A DNA stretch of 64,000 nucleotides, taken from positions 12,132 to 76,131 of IMG/VR virus record IMGVR_UViG_2778261223_000007. One strand, 5' to 3'. Source of the DNA: a virus. Lineage: Duplodnaviria > Heunggongvirae > Uroviricota > Caudoviricetes. Numbering within the stretch: position 1 is the first letter of the stretch; each line of letters begins with the position of its first letter. Position numbers and translations under genes: made by a program. The notes below the pieces were generated by a model. That model was not told where the DNA came from, made no database searches, and saw only the letters and a list, made by a program, of their open reading frames with translations. Below are positions 19,512-29,800 of this stretch, piece after piece.

Positions 19512-20510
19512 ATGCAATCACTGAATACTGTTACGGATCGCTTCTCCCTGGTAGAGAAAATCCGCAAACACACACCGCAGAACAACCGAAATTACGTCAT
19601 TCAGTCGGTACGAGACACATTCAACTCGCCAGAAACAAAAGAGCGTATCGCGCTGGGTGAGATGTATGGTTATTACGGTCATGGTCGCCGGGCGATGCAC
19701 TATAACAAAACGAAAAGCCTGAACTTGCCGGAAGTCTCTGTTGTGATGGTAGATGGGAAGCCTGTTGTATTGGAGAACGTGCCGTCAAACAGGACTATCG
19801 ACATTTCGATTGACGACAACGGCATTGTTACGCATACGCAGGAAATACTGGATACAGACACCGGGCGTATTGTTCAGGGCATGATTAATTCTGGTGCTGG
19901 TGGTTGGTCGTGGGCTACATCTGGTCCAGATTCATCGGTATCCCTGGTAAAGTCTTTCCACGGCTTTGATTACGTAACTGTGCCTAACTATATCAGCCTC
20001 GACAAGAAAAGCCTGATGCTTGAATCAGCAGAAGAGCGCGATGCGGCTATTCATGCAGCACTTATCGAACAAGGTTTTACCGATAACGCTGCTACGGATC
20101 TGGTTCACCACTTTTCAGCAATGAAAAATCAGCAAGCCATGCTCGAATCTGCACATCGTGAAGCCCTGGAATCAGAATTGATGCTCCTTGAAGTGGAAAA
20201 CATACAGCTTCGAGATAAGCTGCGCGCTCAAACAGCGATGATGGAAAGCCAGGGGGAAAATGCAAAGCAATGCCGCCGGATTTTGCGTGACGCTATCCAG
20301 GAAATGCCTGTTTTTATCAGCGCAGAACAGCGCCGGGCGCTTTGCCGTATGCAGTCTGAAGATGATGCCCGCATAGTGGCTGCGATGCTTGAATCTCTTG
20401 GGGCAAATGCTACTTATGGCTTACCGGTATCAGGCAAGAAAGAACCAGAGTTATCACCGAAGGAGAACAAAAACACCACCCCGTTACTCTTCGTTTCTAG
20501 AAGGGGGTGA
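19512..20510 (+). CDS. head processing protease / scaffold (Pro-like)
   Basis: 332 aa, immediately after the portal-like gene. Confidence 0.4.
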   Translation: MQSLNTVTDRFSLVEKIRKHTPQNNRNYVIQSVRDTFNSPETKERIALGEMYGYYGHGRRAMHYNKTKSLNLPEVSVVMVDGKPVVLENVPSNRTIDISIDDNGIVTHTQEILDTDTGRIVQGMINSGAGGWSWATSGPDSSVSLVKSFHGFDYVTVPNYISLDKKSLMLESAEERDAAIHAALIEQGFTDNAATDLVHHFSAMKNQQAMLESAHREALESELMLLEVENIQLRDKLRAQTAMMESQGENAKQCRRILRDAIQEMPVFISAEQRRALCRMQSEDDARIVAAMLESLGANATYGLPVSGKKEPELSPKENKNTTPLLFVSRRG

Positions 20511-20522
20511 TTGCCTTGTTAA

Positions 20523-20540
20523 GTTAAATTTCTAACATAG
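20523..20540 (-). promoter_or_regulatory. C1-type operator-like motif
   Basis: The reverse complement is CTATGTTAGAAATTTAAC, matching the recurrent RTGTTAGAAAAYTAAWTT motif. Confidence 0.4.
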
Positions 20541-20623
20541 TGTATTTATATACACTGTTGATCCTGGTGGATGGGATCGAGTAGGATCGCGGTCACTGCT
20601 CCGGTAGCGACTGCCAAAAAAGC

Positions 20624-20650
20624 AAAAGCCGCTGAGAAGCGGCTTTTTGG
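20624..20650 (+). terminator. rho-independent terminator
   Basis: AGCCGC-TGAGAA-GCGGCT stem-loop followed by TTTTT. Confidence 0.7.
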
Positions 20651-20710
20651 GTGTATAAATCCACTGCCATAGATTTATACGGTAGATAGATTTTTTCACG
20701 GAACTATCTG

Positions 20711-21673
20711 GTGAGTATTTTAAATTCAGTTTCAGTAACTTTCAACACTTCTGAGTATAAAAACAACACTGAATACCACAAAAAAATCAAAGGTCATCAG
20801 TTGAGTTTTTTTGCTCGTCATAGCGGTCTTCTTTCCCCTTCACATAGCGCCATTATTGCCGAGTTCGCCAACCTGGCAGGGTCTACCGATGAATACATGA
20901 TCCGTCGCTCATATGCTGATATGTCCGAGATTACAGGACGCAGTATTTCTACTGTGCGCCGGGCATTTGCTGAAGCGACGAAGTGCGGAATGCTTGTTAA
21001 GCAACATCAGGTAGCGAATAACAATGCCCAGGTGTGTAACGTATATCGGTTTACGACACAATTTCTCCACTTCATTCATGTAGCAATGGAGATAGGGGGT
21101 AAGCAGGGCATCAAATTTGCCAACGCCACAAAACTGGTTAAGCAGTTGATTTCAAAGGTTCGTTATTTTTTTGAAACTGGGAACCCCCTGTTCAAATTGA
21201 ACAAGTCCCCCCATGTTCAAAATGAACAGCCAATAGAAAATAAGAGTCACTCTATAGCCAAAAGAAGAGAAAGATCATACGCGGTTCAGCCAAAGGCTTC
21301 ACCAGCAGATAGTTCTCAAACGGATAACGGTGTACTGGATAAAAAACCAGTAATCAGGGAAGAACATACCAACCACTGCCTGGCGGCGGCAAAAGCGAGA
21401 GCTGCAAAGCGTCGTTCAGACGAGGGGCACGCAAAACGGCAGGCTCTGTATCGTACCGCTGAAAAGCTGGCAAAAAAATTTGCATGGATACGTAGTGCCG
21501 CTACCGCAGTGAATAAGCCTAAACAATCCAATGCCCTGGATTTCTCAATGGATTATTCTGGCTCCCAGGGGTGTGCAACCATTGGTGAAGCCTTTGACCT
21601 GATGAAACAGCGTGGCTATCGGTCTGAATTTGACCGGGAGGATTGGTCAATCCCTGCGGGATTTAGGGGATGA
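20711..21673 (+). CDS. HTH DNA-binding protein, possibly a replication initiator or regulator
   Basis: 320 aa with a GTG start. It has an HTH (MSEITGRSISTVRRAFAEATKCGMLV) and a basic K/R-rich tail. Confidence 0.45.
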   Translation: MSILNSVSVTFNTSEYKNNTEYHKKIKGHQLSFFARHSGLLSPSHSAIIAEFANLAGSTDEYMIRRSYADMSEITGRSISTVRRAFAEATKCGMLVKQHQVANNNAQVCNVYRFTTQFLHFIHVAMEIGGKQGIKFANATKLVKQLISKVRYFFETGNPLFKLNKSPHVQNEQPIENKSHSIAKRRERSYAVQPKASPADSSQTDNGVLDKKPVIREEHTNHCLAAAKARAAKRRSDEGHAKRQALYRTAEKLAKKFAWIRSAATAVNKPKQSNALDFSMDYSGSQGCATIGEAFDLMKQRGYRSEFDREDWSIPAGFRG

Positions 21674-21726
21674 CCTGTGTGTCTACAAAGCATCCCAATG
21701 ATCGGAAAATGCCCGCTCGATGATTT

Positions 21727-21744
21727 ATGTTAGAAAATTAATTT
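21727..21744 (+). promoter_or_regulatory. C1-type operator-like motif upstream of immI-like module A
   Basis: ATGTTAGAAAATTAATTT. A partial inverted half, TTTCTAAAT, follows it. Confidence 0.45.
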
Positions 21745-22086
21745 GCTGTTTCTAAATCGGAATGTATGATCTGCATCATCGACTGAAGTCATCCATTGCT
21801 GAAATTTTTAGTTGATCTTCCATGTTTTCAGGCTTATATTCATGCCGTCGTAGCAAATTCTGCGACCAGGTTTGACAGCCTGAATGTTAGTGCGGACAAC
21901 CGCAGATTTCCGATATTGCGGTATTTTTGTGTCCGTAAACCGCGTTACGCCCGAATTATGGTGGGGCGTGATGGGGAGGCTTCGGCCTGCTGGTTTCACT
22001 AACGCCAGTCTGTCAACCCTGTCACGTCCTGCCACCTGTTTGACAGCGGGTAGCAGGTTGTTAAACCTGTTAGTGAGGCCGTAACT

Positions 22087-22311
22087 ATGGTTAATGCCAA
22101 TCCTTGCTCACGTCCAGAATTCATCTGGCGTTTCCACTCCCTGCAAAAACACTGCGATCACTTCGCAATTGCCGCAACCGAAAAAGAAGCCCGTTCTCTG
22201 ATCCCTGATCAGCATGGTGTTCTTACTGGTCGTTTCTCTACTTCCCCACAACCAAACACTAATCCCTGGTATCGCAATATTACCAATCCCGGCATTGCGG
22301 AGGCACACTGA
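22087..22311 (+). CDS. Icd-like small protein (module A)
   Basis: 74 aa. Its stop overlaps the Rha-like start (TGATG). It is a paralog of 58280..58495 (EFIWRF.S.QKH...AATE.EARS motif). Confidence 0.5.
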   Translation: MVNANPCSRPEFIWRFHSLQKHCDHFAIAATEKEARSLIPDQHGVLTGRFSTSPQPNTNPWYRNITNPGIAEAH

Positions 22312-23018
22312 TGGATATCTGCATTCTTGAAAAGCCATCAATGACCAGCATTGAGATCGCGGAGCTGGTGGGAAAACGTCATGACAATGTGAAGCGTACC
22401 ATTGAAACATTAGCCGAATCCGGCGTTATTGTTCGTCCTCAAATTGAGGATGAACCAAAAATAGATGTAATGGGGCGTTCTCGATTAATTCAGGTGTTCC
22501 GATTTAGCGACGAGCAAGGCAAACGAGACAGCATCATTGTAGTCGCACAGCTTTGTCCTGAGTTTACTGCCCGGCTGGTGGACCGCTGGCGCGAACTGGA
22601 AGAACAAGTACGCCAGCCGTTGACCGAAATAGAGATGATCGCCGCAATGGCTGCAAATGCAGTTCAGCAGCAAAAGCGGCTTCATGCTGTTGAGTCAAAG
22701 GTTAGCCAGGTCGCTGAAACCGTCGAGCAAATCAAGAAGGGCAATATGCCAGATGGCTACATTGGCTACCGCCAGCTGGCGGCGAAATGTGGCCTGACCG
22801 AAGCCAAATGCCGTAACCTGGTTAACGCTTACCGGATTCCCACCGATACACATGAGTTTTTAACTCCAGAGGGGGTATTGTCGCGTCGTTCCATCGTGGC
22901 CTTATCTCCCTTCATGAATGCTTTTAACCGGATGATGTCGGAGGCTGAACACCGAGGAAAACGCTGGTATCACCCCAAAATGGGGCAATTCCAGGTGATC
23001 GGTTGGGGAGGTGAGTGA
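22311..23018 (+). CDS. Rha-family phage regulatory / antirepressor-like protein (module A)
   Basis: 235 aa. The N-terminal motif SIEIAELVGKRHDNVKRTIE is typical of the Rha family. Its C-terminal half is ~90% identical to 58495..59421. Confidence 0.7.
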   Translation: MDICILEKPSMTSIEIAELVGKRHDNVKRTIETLAESGVIVRPQIEDEPKIDVMGRSRLIQVFRFSDEQGKRDSIIVVAQLCPEFTARLVDRWRELEEQVRQPLTEIEMIAAMAANAVQQQKRLHAVESKVSQVAETVEQIKKGNMPDGYIGYRQLAAKCGLTEAKCRNLVNAYRIPTDTHEFLTPEGVLSRRSIVALSPFMNAFNRMMSEAEHRGKRWYHPKMGQFQVIGWGGE

Positions 23019-23215
23019 TGGACATCATGCAGGCGGTAAAAAAAATCAGGGAAGGACAGGCTGAAGTGTGCCGCCGTAAAGCATGGAGTGTTGGTGTATG
23101 GGCCTGGCCTGATAATTACTCTACTACCGGATGGTTTTGTATTAATGGACTCCAGATCCGGGAAGTTGATTTATCGACGGCTGATATAGTCGGTAATGAT
23201 TGGATCGTGACTTGA
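23018..23215 (+). CDS. DUF2829 (Tad2-like) small protein
   Basis: 65 aa from an ATG overlapping the Rha stop. Motifs VCRRKAWS...GVWAWP...DLSTADIVGNDWIV match the DUF2829 pattern. In module B the same domain is fused to the Rha C-terminus. Confidence 0.5.
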   Translation: MDIMQAVKKIREGQAEVCRRKAWSVGVWAWPDNYSTTGWFCINGLQIREVDLSTADIVGNDWIVT

Positions 23216-23223
23216 AGCGTGAT

Positions 23224-23248
23224 GCCCCGGCCTGGCCGGGGCTTTTTT
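23224..23248. terminator. bidirectional rho-independent terminator
   Basis: GCCCCGG-CCTGG-CCGGGGC followed by TTTTTT. It lies between convergent genes. Confidence 0.75.
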
Positions 23249-23733
23249 CATGCCTCATTAGTTGAGGTTGCTGCGTCTCCGACTGGTAACAGAGCGGTAT
23301 TGCGTGGTTCGCCAGCAGGCCAGCGATAGCCAGACACTCTTGATGTTGGGAATGCGCGAATATTAACCGCATCCCCCTGGTTCCCACCCAGGACAAGCAG
23401 ATCGCCATTGGCGCGGCGTCCGACAACGAAGCCTACGTGCCCACCGCCTACACGGGTAAATACAACGATACATCCGTATGCCGGTGTATCTAATTTCTCG
23501 CCCCAATCCAGATAGGATTTTGCCGACTCAAATCTTGTTGAGCGGATGCCTACACGTTCCAGCATTGCACCGACAAATGCTGCGCACCACGGCGTTTCAT
23601 CGTCTTTAATTCCGCCGCGCTTGATGTCGCGCCAGAACTGAACGATTTCAGGGTTGTGTTTAGCGCCTTTTATTTCAGTCAGGCCAATGTGCTTACGGGC
23701 TTCAATTAGCCAGCGAGGTTCAATGTTTGCCAT
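23248..23733 (-). CDS. TIGR02594-family putative peptidoglycan hydrolase
   Basis: 161 aa. Motifs KHNPEIVQFW...TPWCAAFV...GGHVGFVVG are typical of the phage-associated TIGR02594/CHAP-like family. Confidence 0.55.
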   Translation of the reverse strand: MANIEPRWLIEARKHIGLTEIKGAKHNPEIVQFWRDIKRGGIKDDETPWCAAFVGAMLERVGIRSTRFESAKSYLDWGEKLDTPAYGCIVVFTRVGGGHVGFVVGRRANGDLLVLGGNQGDAVNIRAFPTSRVSGYRWPAGEPRNTALLPVGDAATSTNEA

Positions 23734-23884
23734 ATTTTTCTCCCGGTCATGGGTTAATAAGTAGGCAAACTATGGGGAGTATGTGATTTTGACGGTAGTA
23801 TCGTCCCCCTGAAAATAACATTCTCCATACCCTCTCAACCGTACCGCATAGCGGAATTTTTTACGGTTTAGAGGGGGAAATCCT

Positions 23885-26800
23885 TTGGACAAACTACTTC
23901 ATTCAATCAGTGAAGCCTCCAGCTTAGGCGAACTGATTGAAATTGTTAGTCGGTTGCATAAATTACGTGCTGTTGCGACCTTTGGCGTCAGGAAAGCCGA
24001 TGGCGTCAGTATTCAGAAAACACGCCGGGCAGCAAATAATGCCGCAGTAAATCTTCTTAATTCCCTTCCGCCCGGCTTCGATGGGGCGAAATTAACTGAC
24101 GAACAACGTCAGATTCTTGCCGGGTATACCGGTGAAGGCGGCCTGACAGATGGTGAGGGCAGCCAATACGAATACTACACGCCACAGTTTATGGCTGAAG
24201 GTATATGGGATCTGTTTGCTGACTACGGTATTGATGGCGGGCACGTACTGGAACCATCAGCGGGCACAGGTATTTTCCAGGAGACAAAACGGCAGGGCAT
24301 GATAATGACCAGCGCGGAACTGTCTCCGATTTCTGGTCGAATAAACCAGCTTTTGCACCCGGAAGACGATGTGAATATCGGGGCGTTTGAGGCGCTGGCG
24401 GCGAAAGATGCAATGTATGACCACGCTGTTGGTAACGTACCGTTTGGTGAAGGGCGTTCCGGCGTTGCCGGGCTTGATCCGGCATATGCAAACGAGAAGA
24501 ACGTTGGCAATTACTTTGTGCTGCGCACGATCGACAAGGTTAAGCCTGGTGGGCTTATCGTATTGGTGGTGCCAAATGGCATGACCGATGGTACGAAATA
24601 TAAAAAATTGCGCGATAAAGTCAGCCGTAAAGCGGAATTTTTGGGCGCACATCGTATGCCTTCCGGTACGTTCAGCGAATCCGGTACAGATACCGTGGTG
24701 GACGTATGGGTATTGCGTAAACACCCGGAAACCTTCCTGGAGATGATCCCCGACACGGATGATTCAACACTCAAATCGGCAAACGTCCTTTGGGATACCT
24801 TCCTCAAAGGAAAATGGTTTACAACCGAAGGGAAGCGATTTGTTTACGGCGACATGGAACGTGCCAGCTTCCGCAATACCCTGGTGGTGAAAAAAGACGG
24901 TCGTGTATCCAATGAGTCGATGAAAACCGCGCTATCTCGTCGCTTTGATAGTCGCATCAATTGGGATTTGCTCGGCGTAACTACTCAGGCATGGCAGGGC
25001 GCGAAAGTGGGCGATAAACGCCTTGTAGGCGGTATCTGGCATGAGTTTGATGGTCTGAAATGGGTTAAGGACACGACAACCAAATCCTCCGCGCTTGATG
25101 TAAGTCGATATGGTGTTTCGACGTTTGGCGATCTGCAGATCGCGTTCCAGTCAACAAACGGGATTCTGGCTTTGTCATGGGACCAGATATCGGCGATCGC
25201 GTCCGACTATCCATCGGTTGTCAGTGATGAAGTGGCAGCAATGATTCGCTTTGCTGGCAAGCAGCGAGAAAAAGATAGAGAGCGCGTTATGCGCGGTGCG
25301 CTGATAGGGCAGTTGATCAACAAGGCACTTGATTTGCGTAACCTGGGGGTGAACGTTGATGACAAACTGGCAGATGCATCCCGCCTGGCGGCAGCAGAAG
25401 TTGCGAAGTATGGACCACCACACGCCATTAAGCTGAATGGGCTTGCTGAAGCTGGCGCTAAAAACTGGATGACGTTCACTGGCAATGTGAAACAGGATGG
25501 TTCCACTTCTGACCTTCTGGCAGGGCGACTTGATGTAACGGATGGTGCTGCCGGTATTGACTTTACACGTCCTGAACAAGTGATAGCACATCTTTTCAGT
25601 GATGTAGCCCTTAATCCTATAACGCTGGGAGACTTTCGTGAGGCGTTTGCTGGTGAACTGCCAGAGGACGACGACGCGGCCCTTGAATACCTGGCGAAAT
25701 TTGATGATATCGCTATTGATGGGTATGGCTGTCTGCTGCCGATGGACCGCGCCACCAGCGGCGATGTTGCAACCAAAACAGCACTGCTGGTGGGCTGGCG
25801 TGATGCGTCAACAGGTGAGCAGAAAGCGAACTTTGAGCGTCAGTTGGCGAAAATCGAAGAGAAACGCATTTTCACGCCACTAAATAAAGTCACCGTTAAT
25901 CTGAATGCCCGCTGGCTGGATCGCCGCTTGATAAAAGAGTTCTTGGCAGAGCAGGGCTATGACGAGTTTAAGTACACTGAACCTGATCTGAAGGTCGTCG
26001 ATGGCATTCTGGTATCTCCGGACGATTACGAAGGTAAGGACGGGGTATTTACCGGCTATCAGCTACGAACCGTAAACGGCAAAAACGGGAATGAGTTCAA
26101 GAAGGCCAACAATAAAGACGGCTTCCTGAACCAGTTAGAAAACTACCTGAACGGTGTTAAACCGCGTGGGCAGAACGCTAACGAGTACCTGGATAAAATT
26201 GCTCAACTGGAAGTTAGCTTTAACGACTGGTTACGCACCCACCCGCAGGCGGATCAGATAGCCCGTGACTATAACGACGCATTCAATGGTTTCATTCCGT
26301 TCACACATTCTGACGCACCGCTTGGCCTGGAAGGGATTAGTGGAAAGCGCATTCCTCTGACTTATCAGAATGAAGAAGTTCGGCGCTTGTCAGAAGATGG
26401 GCGTGGCATCATGGGATTTGGTACCGGGCTGGGTAAAACCACGACCGCGCTTGCGCTTGAGGCGTATAACTTCGAAACAGGTCGCACTAAACGCACGTGT
26501 ATTGTTGTTCCGAAGGCGGTTTATCAGAACTGGTATCACGAGGCACAGAGTTTCTACAGTGCTGATGCCTTCGCCAATATGATGTTTATCGGTTTGGATG
26601 AAGTTCGTGATGACAGCGGAAATATTCTGACCGCGCCGGTGCTTGATGAAAATGGCGAACCACGCCTCGACAGTAACGGGCAGCCTCTTACCAGAAATGT
26701 TGTGAAAGAGTCCTCCAGCGCCGTTATCGTTCAGCGTATGAACATGATCCCGTCGTCAAATTGGCGAACGGTCATCATGACAAAAGAACAATTCGCGTCT

Positions 26801-29800
26801 ATCCCGCTACGAGAAAAAACCATCGAGGAGAACTCACAGCAAGCTGTCTTTAATGCTGTGGAAATGGGGCGTCTTGACCTGGCGTCCGGTAAACACCGTG
26901 ATGCGCAGAAGAAGAACAAGATTAAGGATCAGGCCGCGAATACCGGTACAACGAAGAAGCAAAATATCCCGTACTTTGAGGATATGAACTTCGATAGCGT
27001 GATTGCCGACGAGGGGCATAACTACCGCAACTCCTTTAATGCCGGGCGTGAAGCGGGACAACTGGCATATTTGCCTAACCCGGCAGTATCCAAGATGGCC
27101 CGCGACATGGCTGTAAAAGCTGCGTACATGATGAAACGCAACAACGGGCGTGGTGTAGTCATGCTGACGGCAACACCGCTGGTGAACAGTCCGATTGATG
27201 CCTTCAACATGCTGTCTACTGTCATTCCGCAGGAAGAGTGGATGCGTATGGGCATCATTACGCCTGATGATTTCGTTCGTGTGTTTGGCAAAACAGCCAC
27301 AGTTCAGGTCCAGAAAATTTCCGGGGAAGTGGAAGAGAAGCAGGGGCTGGTGGGCTTCCAGAACCTTGACGGCCTGCGTGGTATTTTCCATCGTTGGGCC
27401 ACTCTGAAGACTGCTGCAGATGTCGGAGCGACGGTTAAAATTCCCGACATCATCGAGAACACCTTGCAGATCCCGATGACAGGGGAGCAGGAGACTGCTT
27501 ATGAAGAGCTTCGTAAGCGTGCTCAGGAGTTAAGTCGCAATGATGAGCTGACAGTCGATGAAAACGGGCATATCACTAACGACAAACCGGATGATTTCAT
27601 CTTCTCCATCATCCGTGACATGGATAAGGTTGCTATAGACCCGGATCTGTATGCCAGTGCGATTACATTCCAGTTCCCCGTTGAGCTTGCAGACCAGGTA
27701 AAAGCTATTGCTGATGCCTTGCCAAAAGTAGCTGGCGGTAAAGTGGCAGATGATGTTGATGAGGCCGAGGAAGACGGCGCTGGCGGGCTGGTCAGTACGC
27801 GTACCAGCAAGGTAGTGAAGACCGCTTTTAGTGAACATCCGACGCATGTTGAAATACGTGCCAGCATTGAACTGGAAGCTGAAATACTGAAGGCCATTGC
27901 GGCTGCCGGCATTGATATGCAGCAGGTATCGCACCCCATCCCGCCGAAGTATGCCGCGCTGATCGAAAATCTTCGTGAAGGTCTGAAGAACGGTAAGCAG
28001 ATCGTCTTTATTGATGAAAAAGCCCAGCACCAGAAGCTGCGCCGTATTATCGCCAGTGCACTGCAAATGCCGGAGCAGGAGATTGGCATTATCAATGCGA
28101 CGACAGTTAGCCAGGCTGGTGGCATCAAACTGAAGAAGGTGAATAAGCCGACCGAACCTACTCCAAACAAAAACGGTGAATACAAAGAAGGGGCATGGGA
28201 AACCTACTACAGCAAACTTGCCCAATATGAGGATTATCTCTCCGCTAAAAATGATGCTGGCCTTGAGGGCATGGAAGGTATTGCCGCCGACTATAACGAA
28301 GGTCGCACGCGCATCATAATCTGTAACAAGAAGGCTGAAGTAGGTATTAACCTGCACATCGGGACAACCGATATCCACCACCTGACACTACCCTGGACAC
28401 CAGCCAGTATCGACCAACGAAATGGGCGCGGTGCGCGCGTAGGTTCACCGCAAGAAAAGGTCAATGTTCACTACTATTGTGGCAAAGGCACATTCGATGA
28501 CTTCCGTCTGGATACGCTTAAACGTAAGAAAGACTGGATCAAGATGGTGATGACCTCCGACATGTCAGAGATCGCCAATGGTGATGCGGATGATGCTGAT
28601 GAACGCGCCATTATGCTGGCGGCAAACCCGGAAGAACGCCGCGCAATCATGGCTCGCCAGGCGCAAGAGCGTGAAGAACGTCTGAAACTGAAAGCACAGC
28701 GCGAGGCCAACAATGCTCTCGATATCTACCTGAAAGCGGCAAACGCCGCCGGAAAAGATATCGGCATGATGGAGACAGAACTGAAAAGCGCGATGGAACA
28801 GATAGAGTATTACCAGCGAAATCTTGACGACCTGATAAAAGCGGGTACGAACAGGAATGGGCAAAAATACGCGCTTGAGCAGTTGAGTAGCTACAGAAAA
28901 CGTGCGCGGGTGCTGCGGTTTGCGATCACCAGGGCAAAAGACGCGGATACCATAATGAAACGCTCTCGTGGTGATGTGGAGCGCGCTATTAAGTCTGGTG
29001 TGCTGGATATCAGTATCGATGTTATTCAGAACCCACAGGAATATATGCGCACTGACAAGAATATCCTGTTGCATAAAGGTAGTTATTACCGTGCAGTCAT
29101 TGATGATCGCGAAACAACAGCGATTGTCCGGGTGGAAAAAATTGACGGTGAAAAAGCACAATACCTCTGCCGTATCGCCTGGCTGGATAGAGCAAGTCGT
29201 TACGCTCGAGCACCGGGGTCAATCGTTACATTGCCGTTTGACTCTGTGATTGAAGCGGTAACTTTTGAAGAGGGGGTAGCTGAATCGCGCGCAACGGCTG
29301 CGCGAGGTGTTCAGTGCCACCAGCTATCAACAATACTTACTCGCGATCAGTTCTATGATGCTATTCGCAATGGGGTAATGAATGTTATTGCTGGTAAACC
29401 TGGTAATGCATGGGGCGGTGGGTCAGCTATTAAATACTGGGCATATCGCACAGATGATGGTCAGATCGCGCTGTCATCGGCCTATGATGGCGTGATAGGC
29501 CAAAAAATCGGGCGAGCATCGGATATAGCACCTGAGCGATGGATATATCCTGATGGCAACGACGAGGCGCTGAAGCGTGAAGTGGCAAAAATACAAGCCA
29601 GTGATAACCCGCTGAATATCGTGGACGGCGAGGGATTCCTCCAGGCATTGTATGGGTATGATTACATCCAGGGAATGCAGGCATGGGGCGCACAGGCAAC
29701 GATGGATGATGTTGCCCAGGAGTTCGAAAACTGGATGGCTGGGCGTGGTCTGTCAGGTCGTTCGCTTAATAAAGTCACTTCTGAAGATATTCTTAGCTTG

